A stretch of DNA of 64,000 bases, taken from NCBI GenBank assembly GCA_963668675.2, contig CAXXMB010000002.1:1376001-1440000 (forward strand). Direction: 5' to 3'. Positions 29,001-38,624 of the stretch are shown one piece after another (within the stretch, counting starts at the first letter, position 1; each line of letters opens with the position of its first letter). The stretch comes from an uncultured Desulfatitalea sp. (lineage in GTDB: Bacteria; Desulfobacterota; Desulfobacteria; Desulfobacterales; Desulfosarcinaceae). The notes beneath the pieces are model-generated. The model was not told where the DNA came from, did no database searches, and saw only the letters and a program-made list of their open reading frames with translations. A program made the translations under genes and the position numbers.

Positions 29001-31297
29001 CGCTTGTCCTGATCGATATCGCTATTGACGGCATGGTTGAGCTGGTTCACTATATTAAAGATGTGATCCTGCAGTTTGCTTCGATCCACACGGTTCAAAA
29101 GCGCTTGGCCCGCCTTGAGATGCATCTCCCTGCGGGCTTTTAGCGGCAACAGGGAGTAGACGGCCTGGTGGACCCGATCATGAAGAAATTCGAACGAGTC
29201 TTCTTCATCGAACCCCATTTTTCCAAACGCTTCTTCCTTTTTCTCGTTCGGTGTGTCGGACAACAATCGATTCAACAGGCTGTAACTGTCCCCCTTGGCT
29301 CGGATATAGCCGGCGTCAATGGCCTTGAGCAATCCCGCCGCGACCTCCCTTATAGTATCATCACTGACGGCCGTCAGTACTGGAAATTCGAAGCGATTGC
29401 CGATGCACGCTGCGGTTTTGAGAATATCCTGGGCGTCTGGAGGCAGCTTTTTCAATTCGCTGCTCATCAGTTCAATCACATTGTCCGTAAACGCCTGGGC
29501 CGCAATTCCCTGCTCATCCCAGCGCCACACCCCCGACTGGAAATCGAAGTAGAGCAGGTTGCGCATGTAGAGCGATTGGATAAATTGGCCGACAAAGAAT
29601 GGATTCCCATGGGTCTTGATGTGGACCAACTCTGCCAGTTGTTGTATGTCCGCGATGTTCTTGGAGAGGGAGGCGATGATGGTCTGGCGCACATGCTCAA
29701 CCCCGATGGGTCCCAGCACGATACCGCCCATGGTCATCCCCGCCGCTTTGATGTTCTCCAGCATAAAGGCGAGCGGGTGGGTGTCACCGACCTCATTGTC
29801 TCGATAGGCGCCAATAAAGAGAGCATAGTTAATGGTCGGCCCCCTGAGGACATGCTCGATCAAAGCAATGCTGGCTGAGTCGATCCATTGGAGGTCATCC
29901 AGGAAGATGATGACCGGATTGCCTCTCTGTGCCAAGACCTGCATGAAATCCTGGCAGGTTCTGAAGAAACGCTTCTCCGCCTTATCCGGAGGCATCTCCG
30001 GCAGAGGCGCCTGCACGCCGACGATGCACTCCAACTCCGGTATGAAATCCATGATCGTCTGGATATGACGCCCCAGTCTTGAAAGCAGTTGGTCCTTCCA
30101 ATAAGCCAACGCTTCAGGGCTCTCCCCCAGGATCTTGTTGATGATACCGCGATACGCTTCGATGATGGCGATATAGGGTGTGTTCCGGTGAAAGGGGTCG
30201 TACTTCCCCTCTCCGAAAAAAATGCCGGCTTCGCTCACAGCGACCTTGAGCTCTTCAACCAGGCGGGTCTTGCCAATCCCCGGTGGGCCGCTGATCGTCA
30301 CAATTTCGGCAGATCCGGATCGAACCTCCCCGAATATCGACAAGAGCCGCTCTATCGACTCCTCACGGCCGAACAGCTTCCCGGAAACCTGAAGTTTCTC
30401 GGGAGCGTCCCTGTTGCCCAGGGCAAACAGAGAAATAGAAGAGTGCTGTACATACTCCTGATGACAGCGCCTCAAGTCCGAAATCAGTCCAAACGCACTT
30501 TGGTATCTCTCCTCCGGAATCTTGGAGAGCAGCTTGATGGTCACTCGCGACAACATTTCAGGGATATCGATCCTGATCTTTGATGGCGGCAGCGGTTGCC
30601 GTGCGATGTGAGAGTGAATCAGCTCGAGCGGATCTTCCGAATCGAACGGCGTTCGACCGGTAAGCCATTCGTAAAACAGGATGCCGAAAGCATAAAAATC
30701 GGATCGGTAATCCACCTGGCGATTCACGCGACCGGTCTGCTCGGGCGACACATATGGCAGTACATTTTTTATAAATTCGAAATCATAGAGGCTCTTGCCG
30801 GTCCTCCGACTGATGGGCATACTGCTGGCAAGCAGGATCAAGGGCATGTTCAACAGCACGCTTTCAGTGCCCTTATGGACGAGCACGGTCGTGGGATTGA
30901 CCTCCTTTAACAAGACCCCTCTTTGGTGCAGCAGATTGGCCGTCTCCGCCAATGCGATGGCAAAATCGAAGAAAAGAAGAAGGTCGGCGGACATCTTTTT
31001 CTCATAGGTACGAAACGATGCAACGTTGCGGTTTTCGCATACCAGAACAATATCTTCACGATTGGCGACCGGAATTTTAAGACAGTGGTAGATGCGAACC
31101 AGGTTCTCCGACCTTACCTTTTCTATTTTCATATAATCCTGAAGAATATCCACCAGAACGCTTGATGTGAGCCCCTCGGTGGATTGATGGACCAGAAGAA
31201 CCGTCCGGGATGTGGCCTCATCGACCGCCTCATACCAGGTGACCTGTCTCTCCTGCTTTAACCTTTTTAGATTTTGGTATCCATCGACGACGATCAT
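26093..31297 (-). CDS. Giant sensor: Ser/Thr kinase-like + AAA ATPase + GAF + HisKA_3 histidine kinase
   Basis: YVSPEQTGRVNR..DYRSDFY, GPPGIGKT, FLDDLQWID, GNPFFV, GAF LYLENN, ERRRIAIELHD and ELLFNIVKHA...DDGIG. Overlaps the regulator gene (ATGA). Confidence 0.92.
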   Translation of the reverse strand: MIVVDGYQNLKRLKQERQVTWYEAVDEATSRTVLLVHQSTEGLTSSVLVDILQDYMKIEKVRSENLVRIYHCLKIPVANREDIVLVCENRNVASFRTYEKKMSADLLLFFDFAIALAETANLLHQRGVLLKEVNPTTVLVHKGTESVLLNMPLILLASSMPISRRTGKSLYDFEFIKNVLPYVSPEQTGRVNRQVDYRSDFYAFGILFYEWLTGRTPFDSEDPLELIHSHIARQPLPPSKIRIDIPEMLSRVTIKLLSKIPEERYQSAFGLISDLRRCHQEYVQHSSISLFALGNRDAPEKLQVSGKLFGREESIERLLSIFGEVRSGSAEIVTISGPPGIGKTRLVEELKVAVSEAGIFFGEGKYDPFHRNTPYIAIIEAYRGIINKILGESPEALAYWKDQLLSRLGRHIQTIMDFIPELECIVGVQAPLPEMPPDKAEKRFFRTCQDFMQVLAQRGNPVIIFLDDLQWIDSASIALIEHVLRGPTINYALFIGAYRDNEVGDTHPLAFMLENIKAAGMTMGGIVLGPIGVEHVRQTIIASLSKNIADIQQLAELVHIKTHGNPFFVGQFIQSLYMRNLLYFDFQSGVWRWDEQGIAAQAFTDNVIELMSSELKKLPPDAQDILKTAACIGNRFEFPVLTAVSDDTIREVAAGLLKAIDAGYIRAKGDSYSLLNRLLSDTPNEKKEEAFGKMGFDEEDSFEFLHDRVHQAVYSLLPLKARREMHLKAGQALLNRVDRSKLQDHIFNIVNQLNHAVNSDIDQDKRAEFSWLYLAAGRKAKEGAAYQLAVNYFNTGIALLSDRPWEDDYELALGLHRGKMECAFLNGSYDEAERLFDFLSERLDSALDKAALMNFKMIMLASSGRHKEAVAVGLEGLALLDHPFSIHGNRYAQKARIVKLKRRLSRRKMISLATLPEIVNTKERLVMKFLLDISFSVYVLNPSWIVALAVQIFDLTLKYGNSPAASIGYAIFGAYLCSRFEDIELGCYLGGLALDANEKLGHMESSAKISFYYSSAICYYRHPLRSGMMQHRNGLVRAMEIGDLNFAVYHIQSLVIYAFACGAPLEEVDKTCDRHTDFITQSMDRGGMNYLRSLRQTIKCLRGETRHQTSLDDGDFSEQLHLQNMLQDNTKMIILRHYLLRLELFYIMGEYDEALKMAIHASKLIRFHAGSIVISEYWFYRCMTLLALYDQVPLQQRRRYRRRIRRFQKRFDLLASENPSNFKHKQLILRGEKAKVDGRFDRALGIFRDAIASAQENGFTQMTALAYELAAKVALKQGYQPLAEVFLQEANAAYLKWGALAKSKMLRRKYPQFQSGMAQSPGLPALRQLDFATVVSALQAISTEIVLDRLLKKLMRIVVENAGAQRVLFILKQENGLVVKASSSVGGPIRITNQALPVQNREDLLLSGIHFVQHTLESVVVDNAQTHNDYRTDPYVMRYRPKSIFCLPVLRQSELVAMLYLENNIVTGAFTPDRIEILRLIASQAAISIENARLYQNVTQKERDLIDLSEKLRTLSSELLLTEERERRRIAIELHDRIGHALANVKMELGALNEELEAGAGVERMQRISQFIDQSIEDTQSLTFELSPPVLYDLGLEAAVEWLVDQMQEQYRISISFLDDLKPKPLDESARVLAFQATRELLFNIVKHAHAHHAWVALKRVSDAIHIEISDDGIGMPSSAQGRTAMRKDGGFGLFSIQERFKHIGGSLEIASHPGEGTRMTLIAPMQPEKKERS

Positions 31298-31501
31298 GAT
31301 TGCTGTCCAATAGCAATAATAGAATTCACTGCTTTTTATAGGGGCTAAACGGATCAATATCAAGCCAATATCGGTTTGACACGGCACACAGGGTGGGATA
31401 AGTTACTCTTTATAGGGGGGGGGGCTCAATTGCGAGAGACTAACGTGAAAACAGACTGCCAGAATGGAAAGACCCGCGGAACGATACCATAATACTTTAA
31501 G

Positions 31502-31702
31502 ATGGCCAGCAAAGAGCTTTTAAACTTGAGATTCACCGACCCCTTGACCAAAGTCTACAAGCGACGCTACTTCGACCAGATTCTTGAAGAGGCTGCTGCG
31601 GATCGCGCCAGAAAAGCCGTCGAAAGCATTGATTTTATCCATCGCAGCAATCAAATTCATCTCCACTTGAACGGCTGCAACAGAGTCGTCACCGCCATAT
31701 GA
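31502..31702 (+). pseudogene. GGDEF diguanylate cyclase remnant with internal deletion
   Basis: FTDPLTKVYKRRYFDQIL (GGDEF start) joined directly to AAADRARKAVESIDF (late GGDEF helix); catalytic core absent. Confidence 0.6.
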
Positions 31703-31776
31703 AAAGAATAATCTGGATACATCAAAACAGCAACTGAGCGATCTTAATGCACAAACCCCTTACCCATAGGATCTGA

Positions 31777-33276
31777 ATGATAATAGTCGGCAACGCTCTC
31801 GGAATCAGCTTGACCCGAGCCGCCGTGGTATCGATCGCTGCTCTTCTCCTCATCTCGTGCAGCAACAGCGAGCCGACCGATCGGACATCCGGCGCTGCAG
31901 TGGAACGAATCTCTGAACCATGGAAAGGCGACTTAGATCAGGCCATCTGCAGCGGACGCTTTTTAAGAGTGCTGGTCACCTACAACCAGACCAATTTCTT
32001 CATCGAACGGGGAACGCCCAGGGGACTGGAATATGACCTGCTCAAGCACTACGAAAACTTCCTCAATCGAAAGAGGAAGAGAAACGAACTCAAGATCAAA
32101 ATCGTCTTCTCGGTGCTTCCCTTCGAACAACTCCTGCCGGCGTTGGCAGCGGGCCGCGGAGACATTGTTGCTGCCGGACTGACCATCACGCCAGAAAGAA
32201 GAAGGGGGGCCGCCTTCACGCGGCCCTACATCGACGATGTCGATGAAGTGGTGGTCACACATAAAGATTCAGATGACCTGTACGCCCTTGAAAACCTGTC
32301 CGGACAAAAAATTCAGGTCATGGCGGGCAGCAGCTATGTGACCCATCTCAAAGCGGCCAACCTCAAGCTGCGCAATCAGTTAAGACGTCCCATCAGAGTG
32401 GTCGAGGCCGATGCCAACCTTGAAGAAGAGGACCTGCTGCAGATGGTCAATGCCGGTATATACGATGTCACTGTGGTCGATTCGCATCTTGCCGACATCT
32501 GGGCTAAAGTCCTGCCGAACATACAGGTGCATAGAAGCATCGTCATTAACAGCGGTGGGGAAATCGCCTGGGCCGTGCGAAAAGAGAGTCCCCAATTGCT
32601 GGACAGCCTGAACCGCTTTCTGGAGAGCCATGGCCAGGGCACCTACACAGGAAACATGCTCATCAAACGCTACTATGAAAATACGAGTTGGATCCGCAAT
32701 CCGCTTTCTACCGAAGACCAAACCCGGTTAAACAAACTGAAAAACCTGTTCCGAAAATACGCCCTGCGTTACGATTTTGACTGGTTGAAGATCGTTGCAC
32801 TGGCGTACCAGGAATCCCGATTGAACCAGAAAGCCCGGAGCCCCAAGGGGGCGATAGGCATCATGCAACTCCTGCCGACCACGGCTGCCGGTTCAACTAT
32901 CGGTATCCCCGATATCAGCGACGTTGAGAACAACATCCATGCCGGCATAAAATATCTTGCCTACCTGCGGGACACCTACTTCAACGATCCCGACATCACA
33001 CCCGACCATCGGGTCGACTTTGCCATCGCCGCCTACAACGCCGGTCCGGCACGCATCAGCCGCATGCGCAGGAAAGCCGAAACGCTGGGTCTCGACCCCA
33101 ACCAGTGGTTTTTCAACGTGGAACATGCAGCCAGAAGATTCATCGGGCGGGAGCCGGTCCGATATGTCAGCAATATCTATATCTACTACATCGCCTACCG
33201 GACCGCTTACAAAGTGGTCAACCAAAAAACGGGAACCGATCGTCTGGAGACGGGTGATCAGAAGGGTCTTCTGTAA
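31777..33276 (+). CDS. mltF: MltF-like lytic transglycosylase (solute-binding domain + SLT domain), probable lipoprotein
   Basis: LLISC lipobox; GRGDIVAAGLTIT; AYQESRL, GAIGIMQL and AAYNAGP motifs. Confidence 0.85.
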   Translation: MIIVGNALGISLTRAAVVSIAALLLISCSNSEPTDRTSGAAVERISEPWKGDLDQAICSGRFLRVLVTYNQTNFFIERGTPRGLEYDLLKHYENFLNRKRKRNELKIKIVFSVLPFEQLLPALAAGRGDIVAAGLTITPERRRGAAFTRPYIDDVDEVVVTHKDSDDLYALENLSGQKIQVMAGSSYVTHLKAANLKLRNQLRRPIRVVEADANLEEEDLLQMVNAGIYDVTVVDSHLADIWAKVLPNIQVHRSIVINSGGEIAWAVRKESPQLLDSLNRFLESHGQGTYTGNMLIKRYYENTSWIRNPLSTEDQTRLNKLKNLFRKYALRYDFDWLKIVALAYQESRLNQKARSPKGAIGIMQLLPTTAAGSTIGIPDISDVENNIHAGIKYLAYLRDTYFNDPDITPDHRVDFAIAAYNAGPARISRMRRKAETLGLDPNQWFFNVEHAARRFIGREPVRYVSNIYIYYIAYRTAYKVVNQKTGTDRLETGDQKGLL

Positions 33277-33561
33277 TCCGGCTCCTCATTGCCCGGACGC
33301 CAATACCCGCGAATAACTCGCCTCAAAAAAGCCGATGATCACCTTGCCGTCGATCATCCCCAGCGGCACCTCAGGCCGCGGATCGAGCAGCCGCCTGCGC
33401 TTTGCGGCCCAGCCATCCTTTTCAATGGCACCTCAACGCCTTTCGGTTTGGCAACATGCTTACACACACCCGATACCCAGTTCCATTTCAAATTTGGTGG
33501 ACAGCTGCGTCCGGTTGGACTATTACGATGCGGTTTTCTTAGATTTGAAAAGAATGGAGCT

Positions 33562-34554
33562 ATGATGACATCCATAATAATTGCGGGTACAGGGTCGTAT
33601 GTTCCTCCCAATGTCGTTACCAACGAAGCGCTTATCAAAGGGGGATTGGACACGACCGACGAGTGGATCGCCAAGCGCACAGGCATACGGGAAAGACGAA
33701 TTGCGGCGCCGGATATGACAACCTCTGATCTGGCGCACCAGGCTGCGTTGCGGGCACTGGAGATGGCCGGCATGACACCCCAACAGATCGATATGATCAT
33801 TATGGGGACGGTCACCCCTGACACCTGCTGCCCGTCGGCGGCCAATCACCTGCAGGCCAAACTGGATGCCCCCCAAGCGGTCGCCTTCGATCTCACCGCC
33901 GCCTGTTCGGGATTTATATTCGCAATGAATGTCGCCGAACAGTTCCTGAAAAATGGCGTCTATCGAACTGTTTTGATCGTCGGCGCGGAGATCATGTCGC
34001 GCACGTTGGATTGGAACGACCGCTCCTCGTGCGTGCTTTGGGGGGACGGCGCCGGTGCCGCCATCTTGACCTCCGGCGGCCAGGGAAGCGAAGTCCTGTC
34101 GTCCCACATATACAGCGACGGGGCCAACGGGCAGAACCTGCTACTGCCCGGGGGGGGATCCAGAACCACCCCCATCACCCCGGAGAGTGCCGCCGAGGGT
34201 CGCCACCGGCTCCAGTTGGTCGAGGCCAATCTGACGTTTCGCATCGCGGTGCGCCGTTTTATGGAAGGCATCGAGCAGGAGGCGCGAACCAATGGCATCG
34301 ACGTAGCAGCCATCGATTGGATCATCCCGCATCAGGCCAATGTCCGCATGTTTCAAAACATTTCGCAGGCCATGGACCTGCCCATGGAAAAATTCTACCT
34401 GACCCTGCCAAAGTACGGCAACATTTCAGCGGCATCGTGCGCCATTGCCCTGGATGAAGCCGTGCGTGACGGCAGTGTCCAACCGGGCCATCTGGTCTGT
34501 GTGCCCGTCTTCGGCGGCGGCCTCACATGGGGCAGTGCGATGATTCGGTGGTAA
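33562..34554 (+). CDS. fabH: 3-oxoacyl-ACP synthase III
   Basis: DTTDEWIAKRTGI, AACSGF, IPHQAN, YGNISAAS and FGGGLTWG motifs; ATG 33562 after GGAG. Confidence 0.92.
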   Translation: MMTSIIIAGTGSYVPPNVVTNEALIKGGLDTTDEWIAKRTGIRERRIAAPDMTTSDLAHQAALRALEMAGMTPQQIDMIIMGTVTPDTCCPSAANHLQAKLDAPQAVAFDLTAACSGFIFAMNVAEQFLKNGVYRTVLIVGAEIMSRTLDWNDRSSCVLWGDGAGAAILTSGGQGSEVLSSHIYSDGANGQNLLLPGGGSRTTPITPESAAEGRHRLQLVEANLTFRIAVRRFMEGIEQEARTNGIDVAAIDWIIPHQANVRMFQNISQAMDLPMEKFYLTLPKYGNISAASCAIALDEAVRDGSVQPGHLVCVPVFGGGLTWGSAMIRW

Positions 34555-34560
34555 TGAGAA

Positions 34561-34590
34561 AAAGCGCCGCAGATGAATCCGCGGCGCTTT
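34561..34590. terminator. Bidirectional terminator-like hairpin between fabH and dapA
   Basis: AAAGCGCCGC-N10-GCGGCGCTTT. Confidence 0.7.
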
Positions 34591-34680
34591 GCCATATCTA
34601 CAACTCGACATCGAATCGACAGAACACCTTAACTTTTCTGCTTTCTCACTTTCATACTTTCGACACCCCCGAAGGGGGTA

Positions 34681-35721
34681 CTAATAATCTTCGTAATACA
34701 ACCCCACCTGGTATTCGGGATTATCCAGACGTTCGGCGATGTCGATATCGAAGCAGTCACCGATGGGTTTCAGGATTTCGGGATGATCGGTCCAGACACG
34801 ACGGGCGATGGCCAGCACCTCATCCAGACCGTTGCGGGTCATCTTTCCCAAGGGTTGACGGCATGGCCCCGAGGGCATGCCCAGCAATCGCATCAATGTT
34901 TTGATCGCCAATGGATTTCGGGCGCGGCAGACCGCTTCTCCGCAGGGCGTCACCTCGATGGTCTTCACCGTGACCAACCCGAAGAGCGGCGCCAACCCCT
35001 TCAGCAACACCTCTGCACCGGCACGGTCGCCGGCGATCAATTTCGCCACCATCTGGGTTGTCGCCCCGGGCGCAATATTGCTCACCACCGAAATGACACC
35101 GGCGGCAGCGATCTCCGGATCGGTGACCATATCGTAGGTCATGGCATCGTCTCCGGATAAAATCGTATAGTCCGTGCCGCAGCAAGCTCTCGTGCGCCGC
35201 ATGTTGTCCAGATCCGCCGTGGCCTCCTTTACGGTGCTCACGTTGGGATGGTCCTTGAACAGCATGGCCAGATCCTCGGGCAACAGCTGGGCGCCGGTCC
35301 TCCCGGGAATGACGTACGGGATCACCTCCATCGTAGGAAAGCGGGCCGCTATGGGCGCCACATACTCCCGGCGGATCTCTATCGAGCTGGGGCCGTTATA
35401 GTAGGGATCCACCAGAAGAACCGCATCGATCCCCTGATGGGCAGCATGCTCGGTGGCGGCCATGGCCTCCCGGGTATTGTTGCTGCCTGTTCCGGCGATG
35501 CACAGGCACCGGTCTTTGCAGGCCTGAGCCACACGCTCCACCACCAGATTGTGTTCATTCCAGGCCAGCGTCGGGCTCTCACCGGTAGTGCCCACGGCAA
35601 GGATGCCTGTAATACCGCCGTCAATCTGAAATTGCGCCAGGCGCTCCAACCCCTCCTGGTCCACATTCGCCCCATCTTCGGTGAACGGTGTCACCAGGGC
35701 AGTATAGCATCCGGGTTTCAT
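34681..35721 (-). CDS. dapA: 4-hydroxy-tetrahydrodipicolinate synthase
   Basis: TALVTPF, GTTGESPTL, PYYN, YVIPGRTG, VKEA and LSGDD motifs. Confidence 0.9.
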   Translation of the reverse strand: MKPGCYTALVTPFTEDGANVDQEGLERLAQFQIDGGITGILAVGTTGESPTLAWNEHNLVVERVAQACKDRCLCIAGTGSNNTREAMAATEHAAHQGIDAVLLVDPYYNGPSSIEIRREYVAPIAARFPTMEVIPYVIPGRTGAQLLPEDLAMLFKDHPNVSTVKEATADLDNMRRTRACCGTDYTILSGDDAMTYDMVTDPEIAAAGVISVVSNIAPGATTQMVAKLIAGDRAGAEVLLKGLAPLFGLVTVKTIEVTPCGEAVCRARNPLAIKTLMRLLGMPSGPCRQPLGKMTRNGLDEVLAIARRVWTDHPEILKPIGDCFDIDIAERLDNPEYQVGLYYEDY

Positions 35722-36263
35722 TTTTCCCCCTTATTGATTTAAAATCAAAGATCAGTATGGTACGGATGGGCCAAAAATCAGAACAGACACTTAGCCGGCA
35801 GGCGTCGACGTTCGGTCCATAATCTTCGGTCCTTGGTCAATGCCTGCATGCCTCCTTGCCGATTCATAGCCAGCGGCGCTGGAGTGAGGGGCAACCGACC
35901 CGAGCCGGCGGATGGTTGCGGATGTGTCGAAAGGGCCATTGAAAACATACATATAAAAGTAGATAAGCTCGCCAAATGTGTCAAGATCTTATTATGAAAT
36001 CCCTTGACAAGGATTAGGCGGGGACATAACCATTGTCGGCGCTGTTACACGCCCCAGGCGCCTCCTTTTTAGGGAGAACAGATGCAGGTTACGGCATAAC
36101 GAATTGAATCGAAAGCGATTACAACGATTACGGCAGGCGGCGGCCGGAAAATGTAAAACAGCGTCAGGTTCGCGTCGCGCCATCTACCTGCCATTGCGCG
36201 CGACATCACCCAATCGCACTAACAGGCACCCACTATGCCTGAAAGGAAAAGGGACAAACAACC

Positions 36264-36878
36264 ATGGTCCAGGCAAATAACGTTGATGAATATATCGCAA
36301 AACAGCGGCAGGCACTGGCCGCCAACCCGGAATGCGGTACAACCCATTACAATCTCGGCGTCGCCCTGCTCGGCAAACAACAGGACGATGAAGCCGAAAG
36401 AGCCTTCCTCGAAGCGATCGACTGCAGCCCCACATTGGCGGAAGCCTATGTACAAATGGGCGGTTTGTGCCTGAAGCGCGGCGACCTGGACGGCTGCCTG
36501 GATTGGAACCAACGGGCGGTCAAAGCCCGTCCGGGCTTTTCGGAAGGGTATGGCAATATCGGCTATGTTCACCTGCAAAAGGGTGAAGTGGAGGAGGCCA
36601 TCAAGTCGTTCAAGCGGGCCACTGCCTTTAACTTTCGTTTCGTACAGGGCTTTGCATCTATGGCAACGGCCTACCTCATGAAGGGCGAAGTGGACGAAGC
36701 CATTGAAGCGTGCCAGAACGCCCTGAAGGCTGAGCCCAACTTCCCCATCGCCCACAACAATTTGGCCATCGCTTATCTCGAAAAGGGTGACAAGGAGAAA
36801 GCCCGGACACATGCCCAGCGCGCAGTCGAGCTGGGTTATGAGGTTGCACCGGAAGTGCTCAACGAGCTCGATGCATAA
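36264..36878 (+). CDS. Tetratricopeptide repeat protein
   Basis: Repeated TPR helices (HYNLGVAL, AEAYVQMG, YGNIGYV, AHNNLAIAY). Confidence 0.9.
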   Translation: MVQANNVDEYIAKQRQALAANPECGTTHYNLGVALLGKQQDDEAERAFLEAIDCSPTLAEAYVQMGGLCLKRGDLDGCLDWNQRAVKARPGFSEGYGNIGYVHLQKGEVEEAIKSFKRATAFNFRFVQGFASMATAYLMKGEVDEAIEACQNALKAEPNFPIAHNNLAIAYLEKGDKEKARTHAQRAVELGYEVAPEVLNELDA

Positions 36879-36925
36879 CGTCCACATCCTTATGTCGACC
36901 TTGCTGTCGGTACCATCTGTTTGAC

Positions 36926-38140
36926 ATGGGGGAGATTACCATGACACCTTCCCCTTCAGGCAGCTTCGCGAAGGTCTCTGGCCGCTTCTCCTTCCATGTG
37001 GGCCAACCGTCCGTCCGCATTTTCCCCGACAGCCATCAATGGCACGACGCCCTGCCCCTGTGTCGGCACGATCTGGCGCTATCGTTGACCACCGTTTCAG
37101 GGCAAGTGAGTTATGGCGACTATTTCACTGCGGTCAGCGATTACCTTGTCCAGAACGGCACGGCGCTGCTTCGGGTGGCGGAGCAGGCTCTGAACCGCCG
37201 ACTCCCGCCGGAGAAATTGACCGGCATCCAAATACATCTGGTAAAACACGGCGCCTTTTATCACCCGGCCATGATTCTGCTCTCCGTGGATGGAGATCGG
37301 CTGCCGATGGTGATCAATGTGGCGGTAAGCGAAGCCGGCCGGGAGCGTCTGCCCGAAGAGGCGGCTTATCTCGACCACCTGCGTAACAGTTACCCCGATG
37401 TTTATATACCCGCTGTTTTTGGCACGGGGGTCGGTCACACCACCAGCGGTCAATCGCTGCCCATGTTTGCCGGCCAGTGGTTGGACCATTACTACGAAGT
37501 CCACCAGTCGGCTGCCGAAGCGACGGGGATGAAACAGTGCTGGTCCGTATGGGATACGGACCAAGGGGCCTGGCGATTAACCGACCGCCAGACCGCTCAA
37601 CTGTTCCACCAGACAGCCTTTATCCTGACCTACTATTTCGACCCGCACACCCTGTGCGCCATCCGCCAATGGCACAACGCCGCCGGTGATTTCGTCGTGC
37701 GCAGAAAAGGAGACGATATCGAGGTGCGCCTGATTGCCGTGCGCAGTTATACCCCGCTGATTCGACTCGACGATGATGAGACGATCGATCTGGAGACACT
37801 GTTGGAAACCCTTACCCTTTTCCTCATGCAAACCGCTATGTGGCTGCGAATCGATCGTCTGGACGGCGTGGACGAACTGGTTTGGGCCGATGAACGGGTC
37901 CTGACGCCCATCTGGAACGGATTTGTCGAGGGGTTGAAAAAGATGGCGGCGATGAACGCCTTTCCGGCTGAATTTGTAAGCGGCACCGCAGCCTACCTGG
38001 CCAACCACAGCGCCCGGGATCTTCTGGAAATCGGCCTCCAGATTACGTCGCGTTACCCGGCCGACCTGCCCGAAGCAGCCCTCATGCGAGACCGACTGCC
38101 TGCCCACGCCGAGCAATTGGCAGCGGTCATTGAACTTTGA
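36926..38140 (+). CDS. Hypothetical protein, possibly kinase-like fold (start may be 36941)
   Basis: 404-aa ORF co-oriented between the TPR gene and dsrA; KHGAFYHPA and WHNAAGDFVV motifs. Confidence 0.7.
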   Translation: MGEITMTPSPSGSFAKVSGRFSFHVGQPSVRIFPDSHQWHDALPLCRHDLALSLTTVSGQVSYGDYFTAVSDYLVQNGTALLRVAEQALNRRLPPEKLTGIQIHLVKHGAFYHPAMILLSVDGDRLPMVINVAVSEAGRERLPEEAAYLDHLRNSYPDVYIPAVFGTGVGHTTSGQSLPMFAGQWLDHYYEVHQSAAEATGMKQCWSVWDTDQGAWRLTDRQTAQLFHQTAFILTYYFDPHTLCAIRQWHNAAGDFVVRRKGDDIEVRLIAVRSYTPLIRLDDDETIDLETLLETLTLFLMQTAMWLRIDRLDGVDELVWADERVLTPIWNGFVEGLKKMAAMNAFPAEFVSGTAAYLANHSARDLLEIGLQITSRYPADLPEAALMRDRLPAHAEQLAAVIEL

Positions 38141-38411
38141 ATATTGCGATCTGTTGGAAGATCCAGATGGCCGAGTGACCTATGCCGATCACGTGCCTGT
38201 TTGCGGATTCGCCATTTCCCAGGGGTGGGCCCCATACCATACAATATATCCAGTTGGAACTCGTTATGAATAGGCGACCGGAGAAGCATCTTTAAAGCGC
38301 CGGAACAATGATTCAACCGCTCTGGGCAATTGTGGCTGCTAGACGTTCCGGCACCTCCATTGGATCACGGTTTGAAAGGGCGCATTCCACCCTCCGTATA
38401 GGGCTTTTTTA

Positions 38412-38440
38412 TTGACAAACCAGGCAAATCTCTCTATACC
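38412..38440 (+). promoter_or_regulatory. Sigma70-like promoter upstream of dsrA
   Basis: TTGACA-17 bp-TATACC. Confidence 0.6.
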
Positions 38441-38624
38441 AACTTCCTTTGATCCGTAATTTTTACACCCGTACTTTCCGGCTTGAAAGCTTGCTTAATC
38501 AACAAACCATACATAAGACAGCGATAAATAAAGCATACCGAGAGGAGGTGAACGTTTTTCGAATTTAGCCTATTGCGTTGTTAAGTCATAAGATACGTTT
38601 ATTAACCAATATGGAGGTAAAACG

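Noticed and set aside
31415..31424. G10 homopolymer as a phase-variation switch
   Set aside because: Intergenic with no demonstrable promoter overlap; it could be a degenerate palindromic repeat or a sequencing artefact. A similar G-run lies near 56055.
35722..36263. Lysine riboswitch or sRNA upstream of dapA
   Set aside because: Some hairpins are present, but no match to the L-box consensus that I can support.
38454..38471. Rex operator downstream of the dsrA promoter (CCGTAATTTTTACACCCG)
   Set aside because: Half-site spacing is one base short of TTGTGAA-N4-TTCACAA and the match is weak.
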